From IMG/VR virus record IMGVR_UViG_2713896908_000007: a stretch of DNA of 64,000 bases. The stretch is one strand, 5' to 3'. The stretch's first letter is position 1. The number at the start of each line of letters is the position of its first letter. The notes beneath the pieces are model-generated. The model was not told the DNA's origin. It was given only the letters and a program-made list of their open reading frames with translations, and made no database searches. Positions 50,174-62,109 of the stretch are shown piece after piece. The translations under genes were made by a program, and so were the position numbers. This DNA is from a virus (lineage: Duplodnaviria; Heunggongvirae; Uroviricota; Caudoviricetes).

Positions 50174-50242
50174 CCTGTCACCTACTGATTAGCCCATGTC
50201 AACTAATCAACGTCGAATATAATACCCTCGATTAAAGAAATA

Positions 50243-50259
50243 GCAATACATTAGAGCAA
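50243..50259 (-). promoter_or_regulatory. C1 operator-like site upstream of lpa
   Basis: caatacATTAGAGCAAT, 14/17, 70 bp upstream of the lpa-like start. Confidence 0.5.
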
Positions 50260-50261
50260 TT

Positions 50262-51305
50262 TTATCTAACGCTCGACGAATGACTTGTGATAGCGCCGAC
50301 TCCAAGCGCGTAATCAAAGAACAATCGTTGATGCATCGCCAGCCTACCGTGCGTCTTCTCCCAATTATCGCGGTCACGCTCAATATCACGCTGGCATGAC
50401 TGGCACAGAGGAATAGCATAAATGTCATGCGCGCATAATCGACTATGACGAACGATATAAGGCGTAATGTGAGCGCCAGCTCCCGCAGCTCCACAGCCAC
50501 AGCATGGACGGGAAGCCACAAAATCCATGTACTCGGGCAATTTTAGCAATTGAAGTTTTGGTATTTTGAAATGCGCCATGCCAGGGTCGGAGTCAACATC
50601 CACAGGGCATACTTTTGCACGCATCGGCGCGGCGCGTTCTTCCATCATCTGAACATATGCTGTAGCGCGATCGTCATACGGGCGAATATCCGCCTCTTTC
50701 AGAGGTCCGCTATCCTGCGTTGCAGCCCTCACCTTATTTATTGATATACGGCAGACTTCTTCCGGCATGAGGTGGATCATGTTGCGCATGAAAGCCCACC
50801 AGCACAGCTCCTGAATACTTAAATCATGACCATCAGAAAGGCCCATTTCCTGACGAGCGACATCCAGTATCCAGTTAACGCGATTATTATGCAGCGTTTC
50901 TTTCAGCTCATTAAAACCACGCATCCGGTAATGATTATCGTGATGCCAGCACAACAACACCGCGCTGTTGTCTCGTTCAGCGTGGACAATATGGTTGTCA
51001 CACCAGCTACGATCTGCGGCCTGGCATTGCCCCTCTTTCCTGCGCAACCACGCCACCAGCGCGTCAATTCCACCAATACGGCGAAACAGTTCATCGCTGT
51101 TAAAAAACGGCTGCAACGCCTCATTTGTTGCCATAGTTTGCTCGGAAACAACGAGGCCGTCGTCCATGTGCTCGATTAACTCACGCGGCACCGGCTCCAT
51201 AATAAATTTACGGCCAGCCTCCACCAGCTTTCTGACTTCCTGATCCACTTTGAATGTGGCGACGCCAAGCTCTTTTTGTACAAAGGGAGTAATTACGGCT
51301 TTCAC
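50262..51305 (-). CDS. hypothetical Cys-rich protein (P1 PdcB-like by position)
   Basis: 347-aa ORF downstream of doc; C-terminal Cys cluster. Confidence 0.5.
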   Translation of the reverse strand: MKAVITPFVQKELGVATFKVDQEVRKLVEAGRKFIMEPVPRELIEHMDDGLVVSEQTMATNEALQPFFNSDELFRRIGGIDALVAWLRRKEGQCQAADRSWCDNHIVHAERDNSAVLLCWHHDNHYRMRGFNELKETLHNNRVNWILDVARQEMGLSDGHDLSIQELCWWAFMRNMIHLMPEEVCRISINKVRAATQDSGPLKEADIRPYDDRATAYVQMMEERAAPMRAKVCPVDVDSDPGMAHFKIPKLQLLKLPEYMDFVASRPCCGCGAAGAGAHITPYIVRHSRLCAHDIYAIPLCQSCQRDIERDRDNWEKTHGRLAMHQRLFFDYALGVGAITSHSSSVR

Positions 51306-51332
51306 ATCACACCTTTCATCACTGATTTGGCT

Positions 51333-51533
51333 TTATCTGCTGCCCGGCATTTTCTGTTTAAGCACAACCATTTCCTGACGGCATAACACAGCAATAGCGG
51401 TCCTGGCACCAATTTGCTTACCAACCAGGTATTGCTTTACCTTGCGGCGACTCACGCCATCAAGAAGCATCTTTAACGCTTCACGGGACAATTTGTTGTA
51501 TTTGCGTGCCATTAATCTACTCCGCAGAACCAT
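51333..51533 (-). CDS. small basic protein downstream of doc
   Basis: 66-aa ORF overlapping the doc 3-prime end. Confidence 0.35.
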
Positions 51534-51897
51534 ACAATCTACGTAACGTGTCGGCGACAGAAGATACAGATATCTCGCCAGTCGCAGCGCCTACAGTAAG
51601 GTCTGCCAGTTCAGGTGAATCAAATACCTGCACCCCGTTACGGCGTAGAAATAGCAGCGCACTGTTTAGCGCGGTACGCTTATTGGCATCATTGAATATA
51701 TGCCCTCTCGCTGTAGCCACCAGGTAGGTGGCGGAGACTTCGAAAAGGTCGGTGATCTCTTCGTAGGCAACTCTGGCCTGAACTCTCCCGATAATGGCCT
51801 CTGCCCTACCCGGATCTGACATTCCCGGCAGGCCGCCGTAGCGGCTTATATTCGCATCATGAAGCGCAATAAGTTCTTCCGGTGATATATGCCTCAT
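51517..51897 (-). CDS. doc: Doc toxin (Fic-domain kinase) of phd-doc addiction module
   Basis: 126-aa ORF matching P1 Doc from memory ([26 protein letters not shown]…); overlaps phd stop. Confidence 0.93.
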
Positions 51898-52118
51898 TAT
51901 CGGTTAACCAGTTCCTTGTTGGTGGAGTCCAGGGTGTCAAACAGGGATGCAAATTCAGCATCCAGCGCCGCTTTTTTGTAGGCTTCGAAAGTGGCCTTGC
52001 TGACAATTACGGCTGATTCACGGCCTCTGCGGATGATTTCAACCTCTTCCCCTGCTTCAACATTATTGAGCACTTCGCTAAGGTTGCCGCGTGCGGTACG
52101 GAAGTTAATGGATTGCAT
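51897..52118 (-). CDS. phd: Phd antitoxin
   Basis: 73-aa [31 protein letters not shown]… (track start 52124 is an upstream GTG). Confidence 0.93.
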
Positions 52119-52124
52119 AAACAC

Positions 52125-52150
52125 CTCGTGTACTCGTTATGTGTACACAA
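52125..52150. promoter_or_regulatory. phd-doc promoter/operator region with GTGTAC(AC) palindromes
   Basis: cgtGTGTACtcgttatGTGTACACaa directly upstream of phd; Phd/Doc autoregulation at palindromic operators is established for P1. Confidence 0.5.
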
Positions 52151-52294
52151 TTATAAACTTCACAAGCATAAAGCACCAGCACTTTGCAGCTTAACAAAAC
52201 TCTAGGCAGGTCATTCGTTGCCTAATATCCGAACTACTAAAGCATCAGAGTTGCTGTAGAATCACCGCCAATTACATAAGCCTGAAATAAGTGG

Positions 52295-53857
52295 ATGAAA
52301 ATGACAAGTATTCAACAACGTGCAGAGCTTCATCGTCAAATCTGGCAAATTGCTAACGATGTCAGGGGTTCGGTCGATGGATGGGATTTTAAGCAATACG
52401 TTCTGGGCGCACTTTTCTACCGTTTTATCAGCGAAAATTTTTCCAGTTATATGGAAAATGGTGATGACAGCATCTGTTATGCGGCACTTGATGACGGCAT
52501 TATTACTGATGACATTAAAGACGATGCCATCAGAACCAAAGGCTACTTCATCTACCCCAGTCAGCTTTTCTGCAACGTAGCGGCGAAAGCAAATACCAAT
52601 GACAGACTGAATGCAGATTTAAATAGTATCTTCGTTGCTATCGAAAGCTCTGCTTACGGTTACCCTTCAGAAGCTGACATCAAAGGTTTGTTTGCTGATT
52701 TTGATACAACCAGTAACCGCCTGGGTAACACCGTTAAGGATAAAAATGCCCGCCTGGCTGCGGTTCTGAAAGGGGTCGAAGGGTTAAACCTTGGTGACTT
52801 CAATGAACATCAGATTGACCTGTTCGGTGATGCCTATGAGTTCCTGATTTCTAACTATGCGGCAAATGCCGGTAAGTCAGGCGGTGAGTTCTTTACACCG
52901 CAGCACGTCTCCAAGCTGATTGCACAACTGGCTATGCACGGGCAGACCCACGTTAACAAAATCTACGACCCGGCCGCGGGTTCCGGTTCGCTGTTGTTGC
53001 AGGCTAAAAAGCAGTTTGATAACCATATCATTGAAGAAGGCTTTTTCGGACAGGAAATCAACCATACGACCTATAACCTGGCACGTATGAACATGTTTTT
53101 GCACAACATCAACTACGACAAGTTTGATATCAAGCTGGGCAATACGCTGACTGAACCGCACTTCAGAGATGAAAAACCGTTTGATGCCATCGTCTCTAAC
53201 CCGCCGTATTCGGTGAAATGGATTGGCAGCGATGACCCGACGCTGATTAACGATGAACGTTTTGCCCCGGCTGGCGTTCTGGCCCCCAAATCCAAAGCTG
53301 ACTTTGCGTTTGTACTACATGCGCTGAACTATCTTTCGGCCAAAGGTCGCGCCGCGATTGTCTGCTTCCCGGGTATTTTTTACCGTGGCGGCGCGGAGCA
53401 GAAAATCCGTCAGTATCTGGTTGACAATAACTATGTCGAAACCGTGATTTCACTGGCACCGAACCTGTTCTTTGGCACCACCATTGCCGTAAATATTCTG
53501 GTGCTGTCTAAACATAAAACGGATACCAAAGTTCAGTTTATTGACGCCAGCGAACTGTTCAAAAAAGAGACTAACAACAACATCCTGACCGATGCCCATA
53601 TCGAAAAAATTATGCAGGTATTTTCCAGCAAGGAAGATGTTGCTCATCTGGCGAAATCTGTCACGTTTGAGACCGTTGTCGCGAATGACTATAACCTGTC
53701 GGTAAGCAGCTATGTGGAAGCGAAAGATAACCGCGAAATTATCGATATCGGTGAGCTGAATGCTGAGCTGAAAACCACGGTCAGCAAAATCGACCAGTTG
53801 CGCAAAGATATTGATGCGATTGTGGCTGAAATTGAAGGCTGCGAGGTGCAGAAATGA
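52295..53857 (+). CDS. hsdM: type I restriction-modification methyltransferase subunit HsdM
   Basis: 520 aa; SAM motif [11 protein letters not shown] and catalytic NPPY (SNPPYSVKW). Confidence 0.95.
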   Translation: MKMTSIQQRAELHRQIWQIANDVRGSVDGWDFKQYVLGALFYRFISENFSSYMENGDDSICYAALDDGIITDDIKDDAIRTKGYFIYPSQLFCNVAAKANTNDRLNADLNSIFVAIESSAYGYPSEADIKGLFADFDTTSNRLGNTVKDKNARLAAVLKGVEGLNLGDFNEHQIDLFGDAYEFLISNYAANAGKSGGEFFTPQHVSKLIAQLAMHGQTHVNKIYDPAAGSGSLLLQAKKQFDNHIIEEGFFGQEINHTTYNLARMNMFLHNINYDKFDIKLGNTLTEPHFRDEKPFDAIVSNPPYSVKWIGSDDPTLINDERFAPAGVLAPKSKADFAFVLHALNYLSAKGRAAIVCFPGIFYRGGAEQKIRQYLVDNNYVETVISLAPNLFFGTTIAVNILVLSKHKTDTKVQFIDASELFKKETNNNILTDAHIEKIMQVFSSKEDVAHLAKSVTFETVVANDYNLSVSSYVEAKDNREIIDIGELNAELKTTVSKIDQLRKDIDAIVAEIEGCEVQK

Positions 53858-55074
53858 GCGAGATGAGTTATCTGGAAAAATTGCTGGATGGGGTTGAGGT
53901 TGAGTGGTTGCCATTGGGGGAAGTCTCAGCCTTAAGAAGAGGCAGAGTTATGTCAAAGGGATATTTAACTGAAAATTTTGGCCCATATCCTGTCTATAGC
54001 TCTCAAACTGCAAATAATGGGAAAATAGGTTCTATCAATACCTTCGATTTTGATGGCGAATATATAAGCTGGACAACAGATGGCGCAAATGCAGGCACTG
54101 TGTTCTATCGAACAGGTAAATTTTCAATAACTAATGTTTGCGGCCTGATTACATTAAAAAGTAAATACCCATTAATCTACAAATTTCTGTTTTACTGGCT
54201 AACAATAGAAGCCAAAAAACATGTTTACTCAGGAATGGGAAACCCCAAGTTAATGAGTCATCAGGTTGAAAATATACCTGTACCAATCCCCTGCCCGGAT
54301 AATCCGGAAAAATCCCTTGCCATCCAGTCTGAAATCGTTCGGATTCTGGATAAATTTACTGAGCTTACAGCTGAGCTTACAGCTGAGCTTACAGCTGAGC
54401 TTACCATGCGTAAAAAACAGTACAACTACTATCTTGACCAGTCGCTAAGTTTTAAAGAGGGTGAGGTCGAGTTGAAAACGTTGGGAGAGATGGGGACACT
54501 TATAAGAGGCAAACGCTTTGTGAAATCCGACATAATTCCCAAGGGAGTACCGTGTATTCACTACGGTGAAATGTATACCCATTACCGCATCTGGGCGGAT
54601 AAAGCAAAATCGTATATCTCTGTTGAATTAGCGTCCAAGTTAAGAAAAGCCTCATGCGGAGATGTTGTTTTTGTCTCTGCGGGTGAAACAATTGCAGATA
54701 TTGGTCGTGGAACAGCCTGGTTAGGCGATGAAGATGTTGTTATTCATGACGCATGTTTTTTCTATAAAAGTTCATTGAACCCCAAGTATGTGGCCTACTT
54801 CTCAAGAACAAATTTCTTCCACGATCAGATTAAAAAATCGATCTCTTCGGGGAAAATTTCTGCCATCAATGCCAAAGGCTTTGAAAAAGTGATTATTCCA
54901 GTTCCTTCACCAGAAGAACAAGCACGCATCGTTGCTTTCTTGGACAAATTCGACACATTGACAAGCTCCATCACCGAAGGCTTACCCCGTGAAATAGAAC
55001 TACGCCAGAAGCAGTACGAGTACTATCGTGATTTACTGTTCAGTTTCCCAAAACCTGAAGCTGTCAGTAATTAA
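53854..55074 (+). CDS. hsdS: type I restriction-modification specificity subunit HsdS (type IC-like with TAEL repeats)
   Basis: 406 aa; two target-recognition halves separated by a central region with three TAEL repeats; ATGA-coupled to hsdM. Confidence 0.92.
   Translation: MSEMSYLEKLLDGVEVEWLPLGEVSALRRGRVMSKGYLTENFGPYPVYSSQTANNGKIGSINTFDFDGEYISWTTDGANAGTVFYRTGKFSITNVCGLITLKSKYPLIYKFLFYWLTIEAKKHVYSGMGNPKLMSHQVENIPVPIPCPDNPEKSLAIQSEIVRILDKFTELTAELTAELTAELTMRKKQYNYYLDQSLSFKEGEVELKTLGEMGTLIRGKRFVKSDIIPKGVPCIHYGEMYTHYRIWADKAKSYISVELASKLRKASCGDVVFVSAGETIADIGRGTAWLGDEDVVIHDACFFYKSSLNPKYVAYFSRTNFFHDQIKKSISSGKISAINAKGFEKVIIPVPSPEEQARIVAFLDKFDTLTSSITEGLPREIELRQKQYEYYRDLLFSFPKPEAVSN
54361..54405 (+). 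repeat. 12-bp tandem repeat (gagcttacagct x3 plus partial) encoding TAEL repeats in hsdS
   Basis: Direct reading; repeat number of this element sets target spacer length in EcoR124-type type IC systems. Confidence 0.85.
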
Positions 55075-55195
55075 TTGACCATTGCTACCGACCGGGCCAC
55101 CTTAACACCCGGTCAGTATATAGACTATTTTTTACACGCTGGAAGTCACCATTAACGCCCTTCCGGCCCTTGCCAGACGGCACAAAGGATACGCT

Positions 55196-58100
55196 ATGAC
55201 TCATCAAACACACACCATTGCTGAATCCAATAACTTTATCGTTCTTGATAAATACATCAAAGCTGAGCAAACAGGCGACAGCTATCAGAGCGAATCGGAC
55301 CTGGAACGTGAACTGATTCAGGACCTGCAAAATCAGGGCTATGAATTTATATCCGTAAAATCACAGTCAGCGATGCTGGCCAACGTTCGGGAACAGCTTC
55401 AGAGCCTCAATGGTGTGATGTTTAATGACAGAGAGTGGCGGCGTTTCACGGAGCAGTATCTGGACAACCCGAGCGATGGCATTCTGGATAAGACCCGTAA
55501 AATCCATATCGACTATATTTGCGACTTTATTTTTGATGACGAGCGACTTGAGAACATCTATTTGATAGATAAAAAGAATCTCATGCGCAATAAGGTGCAG
55601 ATTATCCAGCAGTTTGAACAGACGGGTTCTCATGCTAACCGTTATGACGTCACGATCCTGGTTAATGGTTTACCGCTGGTGCAAATCGAACTAAAAAAAC
55701 GCGGGGTGGCGATTCGTGAGGCTTTCAACCAGATACATCGTTACAGTAAAGAGAGTTTTAACAGCGAAAATTCCCTGTTTAAGTATCTGCAACTGTTTGT
55801 CATTTCTAACGGCACCGATACCCGTTACTTTGCCAACACCACAAAGCGCGATAAAAACAGTTTTGACTTCACAATGAACTGGGCGAAATCAGACAACACG
55901 CTGATTAAAGACCTCAAAGACTTTACCGCTACCTTTTTCCAGAAACATACTCTGCTGAATGTTCTGGTGAACTACAGCGTTTTTGACAGTAGTCAGACGC
56001 TACTGGTGATGCGACCGTACCAGATTGCAGCTACCGAACGAATTTTATGGAAAATCAACAGTTCCTATAAAGCGAAAAACTGGTCCACTCCCGAAAGTGG
56101 TGGCTTTATCTGGCACACCACCGGTTCCGGTAAAACACTGACCAGCTTTAAAGCCGCGCGTCTGGCAACAGAACTGGACTTTATTGATAAAGTCTTCTTC
56201 GTGGTCGACAGAAAAGACCTCGATTACCAGACGATGAAGGAATATCAGCGTTTTTCGCCAGACAGCGTCAACGGCTCGGAAAATACCGCAGGACTTAAAC
56301 GAAATCTGGATAAGGACGATAACAAAATTATCGTCACCACTATTCAGAAACTCAATAACCTGATGAAAGCAGAAAGCGACCTGCCTGTATACAATCAGCA
56401 AGTGGTGTTTATATTTGATGAATGTCACCGCAGCCAGTTTGGAGAAGCACAGAAAAACCTGAAGAAGAAATTCAAACGCTATTATCAGTTTGGTTTTACC
56501 GGCACACCTATTTTCCCGGAAAACGCCTTAGGCTCAGAAACAACCGCCAGCGTATTTGGCCGTGAATTGCATTCATATGTTATTACCGATGCGATTCGTG
56601 ACGAAAAAGTGCTCAAATTCAAGGTGGACTACAACGATGTGCGGCCACAGTTTAAGTCTTTAGAGACAGAAACTGACGAGAAAAAACTGAGTGCGGCTGA
56701 AAATCAGCAGGCGTTTCTTCATCCCATGCGTATTCAGGAAATCACGCAATATATCCTGAACAACTTCCGCCAGAAAACCCACCGTACTTTCCCTGGTTCC
56801 AAAGGTTTTAATGCCATGCTGGCAGTAAGCAGCGTGGATGCTGCAAAAGCCTATTATGCGACGTTTAAACGGTTACAAGAGGAAGCCGCTAATAAATCTG
56901 CAACTTATAAACCGCTGCGTGTTGCGACAATCTTCTCCTTTGCCGCTAATGAAGAACAAAATGCCATTGGTGAAATTTCCGATGAAACTTTTGATACCAG
57001 CGCAATGGACAGCAGTGCTAAAGAGTTTCTTGACGCTGCAATTCGTGAGTATAACAGCTATTTTAAAACTAACTTCAGCACCGACGGTAACGGTTTTCAG
57101 AACTACTATCGTGATTTAGCCCAACGGGTTAAAAATCAGGATATCGATCTGTTAATTGTCGTTGGGATGTTTTTAACCGGCTTCGACGCTCCAACATTGA
57201 ACACGCTATTCGTCGATAAAAACTTGCGTTTTCACGGCCTGATGCAGGCATTTTCCCGCACCAACCGTATTTATGATGCAACTAAAACCTTCGGTAATAT
57301 CGTCACTTTCCGCGATCTGGAACGCTCAACCATCGATGCCATAACGCTGTTTGGTGACAAAAACACCAAAAATGTAGTGTTAGAAAAGAGTTATGCAGAG
57401 TATATGGAAGGCTTTACTGATGCTGCTACTGGTGAAGCTAAGCGCGGCTTTATGGCAGTAGTTGCAGAACTGGAACAACGGTTCCCTGACCCTGCCAGTA
57501 TTGAAAGTGAAAAAGAGAAGAAAGACTTCGTTAAACTGTTTGGTGAATACCTGCGTACCGAGAACATCCTGCAAAACTATGATGAATTTGCCACGCTGAA
57601 AGCCCTGCAACAAATCGATCTTAGCGATCCTGTTGCAGTAGAAAAATTCAAAGCAGAACATTATGTGGATGATGAAAAGCTCGCTGAATTGCAAACAATT
57701 CGTCTCCCTGCTGATCGCAAGATTCAGGATTATCGTTCTGCCTATAACGATATTCGCGACTGGCAGCGCCGTGAGAAAGAAGCTGAGAAAAAAGAGAAAT
57801 CAACCATTGACTGGGATGACGTAGTTTTTGAGGTCGATTTGCTGAAGTCTCAGGAAATAAACCTGGATTATATCCTTGGACTGATTTTCGAACACAACAG
57901 ACAAAATAAAGGCAAGGGCGAAATGATCGAAGAGGTCAAACGCTTAATTCGTTCAAGCCTAGGGAACCGTGCTAAAGAGGGCTTGGTGGTCGATTTTATT
58001 CAGCAAACGAACCTGGATGATTTACCAGATAAAGCCAGTATCATTGAGGCATTCTTTACGTTTGCTCAACGCGAACAGCAACGTGAAGCAGAAGCATTGA

Positions 58101-58312
58101 TAAAAGAAGAAAATCTCAATGAAGAAGCAGCAAAACGCTATATTCGCACGTCTTTAAAACGCGAATACGCCACCGAAAATGGCACAGAATTAAACGAAAC
58201 ATTACCAAAACTTAGTCCGTTGAATCCGCAATATAAAACGAAAAAACAGGCAGTTTTCCAGAAAATCGTCTCGTTTATTGAGAAGTTTAAAGGCGTAGGC
58301 GGAAAAATATAG
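55196..58312 (+). CDS. hsdR: type I restriction endonuclease subunit HsdR
   Basis: 1038 aa; Walker [17 protein letters not shown]-like FDECHRSQ, C-terminal helicase motifs. Confidence 0.95.
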   Translation: MTHQTHTIAESNNFIVLDKYIKAEQTGDSYQSESDLERELIQDLQNQGYEFISVKSQSAMLANVREQLQSLNGVMFNDREWRRFTEQYLDNPSDGILDKTRKIHIDYICDFIFDDERLENIYLIDKKNLMRNKVQIIQQFEQTGSHANRYDVTILVNGLPLVQIELKKRGVAIREAFNQIHRYSKESFNSENSLFKYLQLFVISNGTDTRYFANTTKRDKNSFDFTMNWAKSDNTLIKDLKDFTATFFQKHTLLNVLVNYSVFDSSQTLLVMRPYQIAATERILWKINSSYKAKNWSTPESGGFIWHTTGSGKTLTSFKAARLATELDFIDKVFFVVDRKDLDYQTMKEYQRFSPDSVNGSENTAGLKRNLDKDDNKIIVTTIQKLNNLMKAESDLPVYNQQVVFIFDECHRSQFGEAQKNLKKKFKRYYQFGFTGTPIFPENALGSETTASVFGRELHSYVITDAIRDEKVLKFKVDYNDVRPQFKSLETETDEKKLSAAENQQAFLHPMRIQEITQYILNNFRQKTHRTFPGSKGFNAMLAVSSVDAAKAYYATFKRLQEEAANKSATYKPLRVATIFSFAANEEQNAIGEISDETFDTSAMDSSAKEFLDAAIREYNSYFKTNFSTDGNGFQNYYRDLAQRVKNQDIDLLIVVGMFLTGFDAPTLNTLFVDKNLRFHGLMQAFSRTNRIYDATKTFGNIVTFRDLERSTIDAITLFGDKNTKNVVLEKSYAEYMEGFTDAATGEAKRGFMAVVAELEQRFPDPASIESEKEKKDFVKLFGEYLRTENILQNYDEFATLKALQQIDLSDPVAVEKFKAEHYVDDEKLAELQTIRLPADRKIQDYRSAYNDIRDWQRREKEAEKKEKSTIDWDDVVFEVDLLKSQEINLDYILGLIFEHNRQNKGKGEMIEEVKRLIRSSLGNRAKEGLVVDFIQQTNLDDLPDKASIIEAFFTFAQREQQREAEALIKEENLNEEAAKRYIRTSLKREYATENGTELNETLPKLSPLNPQYKTKKQAVFQKIVSFIEKFKGVGGKI

Positions 58313-58328
58313 CCCAATTCGTGTTTTT

Positions 58329-58356
58329 CTTGCGGGTTCTTAATTAAACCCGCAAG
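58329..58356. other. perfect 10-bp stem-loop after hsdR
   Basis: cttgcgggtt-cttaatta-aacccgcaag; no U-tract. Confidence 0.5.
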
Positions 58357-58391
58357 AGCTCGTGGGGTTCCAAATGGCTAATATACTCCCA

Positions 58392-58478
58392 TTACCCATG
58401 CGCGACGATGCCGCCAAAAGTGATAGAGAACAGCCAGAAATAGATCGCGGCCATAATGATTTTGAATGCCGTGTTCAT
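58392..58478 (-). CDS. candidate 28-aa hydrophobic peptide (MNTAFKIIMAAIYFWLFSITFGGIVAHG)
   Basis: ATG preceded by AGGAG; antisense between hsdR and the following terminator; below the ORF-track size cut-off. Confidence 0.3.
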   Translation of the reverse strand: MNTAFKIIMAAIYFWLFSITFGGIVAHG

Positions 58479-58506
58479 ATCCTCAGCTCCTGTGATTGAT
58501 TGGATA

Positions 58507-58537
58507 CATGCCGCGCCTTGCGGCATGTTTTTATTTT
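58507..58537 (+). terminator. rho-independent terminator downstream of the hsd operon
   Basis: catgccgc-gcctt-gcggcatg followed by tttttatttt. Confidence 0.6.
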
Positions 58538-58559
58538 CACCATCTCTGTTTAAAAATCA

Positions 58560-58576
58560 AGTTTTATTAGAGCAAT
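58560..58576 (-). promoter_or_regulatory. C1 operator (agTTTTATTAGAGCAAT)
   Basis: 15/17 to consensus; overlaps the stop of the adjacent phosphatase-like gene and faces the hsd insertion. Confidence 0.5.
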
Positions 58577-59082
58577 TATTGTTGATAAAGAAGCGCATTT
58601 TCATACTCCCTGACCATTAACGTAAGTACGCCGTGACTCCTGAAAACACGCGCCACTTCAATCTTATCTTCCAGCGCGAACGCAATTTTACTTAGACCAA
58701 TTTTCTTCAGGAGATCAATCTTTGCTGGACCGTCATTTCTGTCATCGGTGGCAGGACGCATAGATAGCAAAGGCTCAGCCCCGTTTGTTACGTGCTTCCG
58801 CAGCCAGGCTCGTGTTTTATCCCTTGCGATCTCACAGCGCCCGGTTACAAACCAGACCGTGTAAACGTTAAATAACTGGCGCACCATATCAATAACTGGA
58901 GTTATGGGAGTATCGGTGTCACAGGCGAGATTAAACTCGTTCCAGTCCTTTGTTAATGCACCTTTACCTGGTGGCGGAAGCAAATGCAGTCTGTCTTCAG
59001 TTGCCTCTGATATTGTTCCATCAATATCAACTATGACGATATACGGACGTTCATGGTGTGCGTGTTGGTTGAAAATACTCAA
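58576..59082 (-). CDS. HAD-superfamily phosphatase-like protein
   Basis: 168-aa ORF; HAD motif I IVIVDIDGT. Confidence 0.55.
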   Translation of the reverse strand: MSIFNQHAHHERPYIVIVDIDGTISEATEDRLHLLPPPGKGALTKDWNEFNLACDTDTPITPVIDMVRQLFNVYTVWFVTGRCEIARDKTRAWLRKHVTNGAEPLLSMRPATDDRNDGPAKIDLLKKIGLSKIAFALEDKIEVARVFRSHGVLTLMVREYENALLYQQ

Positions 59083-59154
59083 ATGCCCTCCTCATTGGAC
59101 GAAAAAAATGCTGGTGGGCGCACTCCACCAGCATTAAAAGTGACACTGTAACTA

Positions 59155-60417
59155 TCAGCGAACGTAAATAGTGCCGCCGTTCTCTTTTTCCCATGCATCG
59201 CTACGTGCATAGCAAACATCGAGAAGTCTTCTTGCCGCTGTTTCCTCTAAACCCAATTCGACAACCAACTGCTCATGACGGCGGGTAACCACATCAAACA
59301 GGGTATGCAACCCTTTAGTTGCCAGATCATCAATGAATTCCGGTTCGAACGGCAGCTCTGCATCTGCCAACATAACCTCTTGCGCCCACTCAACTCGACG
59401 GACCAGTTCCGGGCGGCGGCTTTCCATCTCTTTACAGATCAATTCATGGAAGAACTCTACCCAACCCTCCGGCTGGAACTCGCGGAAAATGGCCAACGGC
59501 TGGAAGTTTGGCATCAACCATTCGTTGATCCGGATATCAATGGCATAGCCCATGTCGCAGCAGAACTGATAAGCAAAGTCCAGCTTAGAAACGATATAAG
59601 GACGCTCGTTATTGAACTCTTTAGGCGATGAGATCCCATAAGCCAGGAGGCGCGGGAAGAAGGAGATTTGCCCTAACGTCGGATGAAGTTTGCTTGCAGG
59701 GAAACGGCGCTCAGTAATGCCATACATTTCCTTCTTGAGCGTCGCAAATTTGGCATTCTCATTAACCAGCGCGGTAACCTCTGCTTTTTTATTAGCAAAT
59801 GCCACGCGCGCTTCGCTTGCATCTTTAATAGTTTTTTTGAGCTGTTGGTTAAGGTCGGCGACCTGCTTACGCAGTTCCTGTCGCTCGCTTTTAGCTTTGT
59901 TATAGCGTTTCTCAAGGTTAAAAGGATCAAGTTTCATGATCTCTTTATATTGAGATTTTAGCGTTGAAATCTGTGAGTTCCGCAGTTCAACCATCGCGGT
60001 CATTTCATTGAGTTTTGTTTCCAGCTCAATGCTTATACGTTCGGCATTATCAGCACGCTGGTTGGCGTCATGCGTCGCATCGTCGATCGCGTCCTGTTGC
60101 TGGCGTTTCAAATGTTCAATTTGCAGCTGAAGCTCTTCAATTTCTTTACCCTTCAGACCGAGATCCAACTGCATATTTTCAGCTGCATCTACCAGGTCGT
60201 TATGGCTATCAGCTTCTGCGTTATAAACATCAATAAGCTGTGCATGGAGCATCTCTGCTGACTGAACCGCATTATCAAAAAAACGAGCTGTGAGGTCATC
60301 ACAACTAACGCGGCGTTGCGCGGCCCGGATGTTCTGGATAATGGCCGGGATACCGGCATTCAGGACATCAGGGATAGATACATTTTCGATTGATTGGTTT
60401 TGTGCTGAAGTGCTCAT
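59155..60417 (-). CDS. hypothetical protein with N-terminal coiled-coil
   Basis: 420-aa ORF; heptad-rich residues about 90-230; no catalytic motif recognised. Confidence 0.55.
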   Translation of the reverse strand: MSTSAQNQSIENVSIPDVLNAGIPAIIQNIRAAQRRVSCDDLTARFFDNAVQSAEMLHAQLIDVYNAEADSHNDLVDAAENMQLDLGLKGKEIEELQLQIEHLKRQQQDAIDDATHDANQRADNAERISIELETKLNEMTAMVELRNSQISTLKSQYKEIMKLDPFNLEKRYNKAKSERQELRKQVADLNQQLKKTIKDASEARVAFANKKAEVTALVNENAKFATLKKEMYGITERRFPASKLHPTLGQISFFPRLLAYGISSPKEFNNERPYIVSKLDFAYQFCCDMGYAIDIRINEWLMPNFQPLAIFREFQPEGWVEFFHELICKEMESRRPELVRRVEWAQEVMLADAELPFEPEFIDDLATKGLHTLFDVVTRRHEQLVVELGLEETAARRLLDVCYARSDAWEKENGGTIYVR

Positions 60418-60651
60418 TTCAAAGTTCCGTATTAGCTTGTTCTTCGGTCATTTTTCCTAAGTATGAAGGTGGAAGGACTACGCAATTTGTATCCAGCCCC
60501 TCACCTATGGCAGCCTGTAAAATTCTGGCTAAGGTGAGCCTCTTGTTGCGATACCTGGTGATGACATGCCTGATACCGCCGGTCGGCGTAACAAAGGCGA
60601 TCAGCCAGTAGTGATATTTCCGTCGGAATGGCCACATAGTGTACCTTGCAG

Positions 60652-60717
60652 ATTGCTCTAATAAAAAACGTGATGAGTGTACATCACGTTTTAAAAATAT
60701 GGAATTATTAGAGCAAT
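60652..60717. promoter_or_regulatory. bipartite C1 operator (two inverted sites flanking a palindrome)
   Basis: ATTGCTCTAATAAAAAA (60652-60668) and reverse ggaATTATTAGAGCAAT (60701-60717) flank the palindrome aacgtgatg-agtgta-catcacgtt; upstream of the 420-aa gene. Confidence 0.55.
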
Positions 60718-60718
60718 A

Positions 60719-61420
60719 TTATTCTGATTCTCGCTCAAAAAATGAGCTGATAAGGGGAAGCCAATCCTCTGACACTTCGCGAGGTCGCGGTTTGCCGTGG
60801 AAAAAGATTATTCGGCAGTCTTTTGGTAATGCCCCATTCCCCCTGGAGTAACGCGCGCTCGCATATTTTGAACCAGGTTCCACAACATCGGCCTTGTAAC
60901 TTACAAACCATCCTGGATACAGATCCTGAAATGCTGGTGTATCATCGCCCATAACCTTCCGTAAGAACCCCTGATCACCCCAGCACTCAGTAGTGACACA
61001 ACGAGAAATCCAACCTTCCGGATCTTGCCAGAATGAACTCCAGATATGCGCTTTAACACTATTTGGTATCCACAGGGCACCGCTGCCACGATATTGTGGA
61101 TGGTAAAAATCCCTAAGCATGGTGAAGCTGGTTGGTGGATGCTCTAGGATTGGGCGTATATCACCGGCAATAACCGTGTCCAAATCCAGATAGAACAGAT
61201 CATCGGTTATATCCGGTCGGAACAACTCGATTTTCGCCCACCAGCCACGGCACTTTTGCCACTGGTTGATCAATGGGACAACTTTGACGCCAGGTACATG
61301 TAAACGCTTCAGGTCTGTCAGGCAAATAATTTCATAGCCTTTTGGCAGTTGATTAACCAGCCACTGCACATCGGAAGCGTTATAGTCACCACCAGAGCGA
61401 AAAACTAAAGCAATCTTCAT
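60719..61420 (-). CDS. hypothetical protein, nucleotide-sugar transferase-like (DxD motif)
   Basis: 233-aa ORF; …[11 protein letters not shown]… DxD-type motif; fold assignment tentative. Confidence 0.45.
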   Translation of the reverse strand: MKIALVFRSGGDYNASDVQWLVNQLPKGYEIICLTDLKRLHVPGVKVVPLINQWQKCRGWWAKIELFRPDITDDLFYLDLDTVIAGDIRPILEHPPTSFTMLRDFYHPQYRGSGALWIPNSVKAHIWSSFWQDPEGWISRCVTTECWGDQGFLRKVMGDDTPAFQDLYPGWFVSYKADVVEPGSKYASARYSRGNGALPKDCRIIFFHGKPRPREVSEDWLPLISSFFERESE

Positions 61421-62109
61421 GCTGCACCATCACCTTTCACTTTCATCAATGTCAGGTTTCCGCAAAATACGGCACCAGTGTCGATATACTGCTGATTCCA
61501 GAATGTCTTCGGGCTTTTCACCGGAGTGTGACCAAAGATAAAACGATCTGCGCCCGAAATTTCGCCACCAATATCATCCATCGAATCACTGATACGCTCG
61601 CGCGCCCAGACAACGTTGAAAAGCGGCACCTCCTTACCGAATTGGTATTCATTATCCGGATAGTCGGCATGGGCTATAACGATAGTTTCTTGCCCGGTGT
61701 TCAACTCAATGATATAGGGCAGTCGTCTTACCAACTCCACCAGCGCCCTGGCTAATATTTCCTGATCAGCGTCCAGCATGAAGAACCATTGACCGCCATT
61801 CATTAGCCAGTTATTCACGTTGCCATCAGGACTTAACGCATCGAGCATCAACAGCTCATGGTTCCCCACTACTGCCCTGAACCAGGGCATCTGCAATAGT
61901 TCCAGACATTCGACATTTTCAGTACCGCGATCGATAAGGTCGCCGACCGATATCAGTAAATCCTGCGCCGGGTCAAAATCCACACGATGGAGTTCGGACA
62001 TCAGTCTGGTGTAGCAACCATGCAGATCACCAACAACCCAGACATTCCTGTATTTGGTACCGTCGATACGGTGATAAATTGTGGGTGCCATCATGTATTC
62101 TTCAGCCAT
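61417..62109 (-). CDS. Ser/Thr protein phosphatase (PPP/lambda-phosphatase family)
   Basis: 230-aa ORF; metallophosphatase motifs GDLHG, GDLIDRG, GNHE. Confidence 0.85.
   Translation of the reverse strand: MAEEYMMAPTIYHRIDGTKYRNVWVVGDLHGCYTRLMSELHRVDFDPAQDLLISVGDLIDRGTENVECLELLQMPWFRAVVGNHELLMLDALSPDGNVNNWLMNGGQWFFMLDADQEILARALVELVRRLPYIIELNTGQETIVIAHADYPDNEYQFGKEVPLFNVVWARERISDSMDDIGGEISGADRFIFGHTPVKSPKTFWNQQYIDTGAVFCGNLTLMKVKGDGAA

Noticed and set aside
54361-54405. Tandem 12-bp repeats that could be taken for a VNTR or CRISPR-like array
   Set aside because: In-frame within hsdS, encoding TAEL repeats; only three units, no spacers.
60639-60851. Plus-strand 70-aa ORF over the bipartite operator
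   Set aside because: Overlaps operator/promoter DNA and the 3-prime end of an opposite-strand gene.
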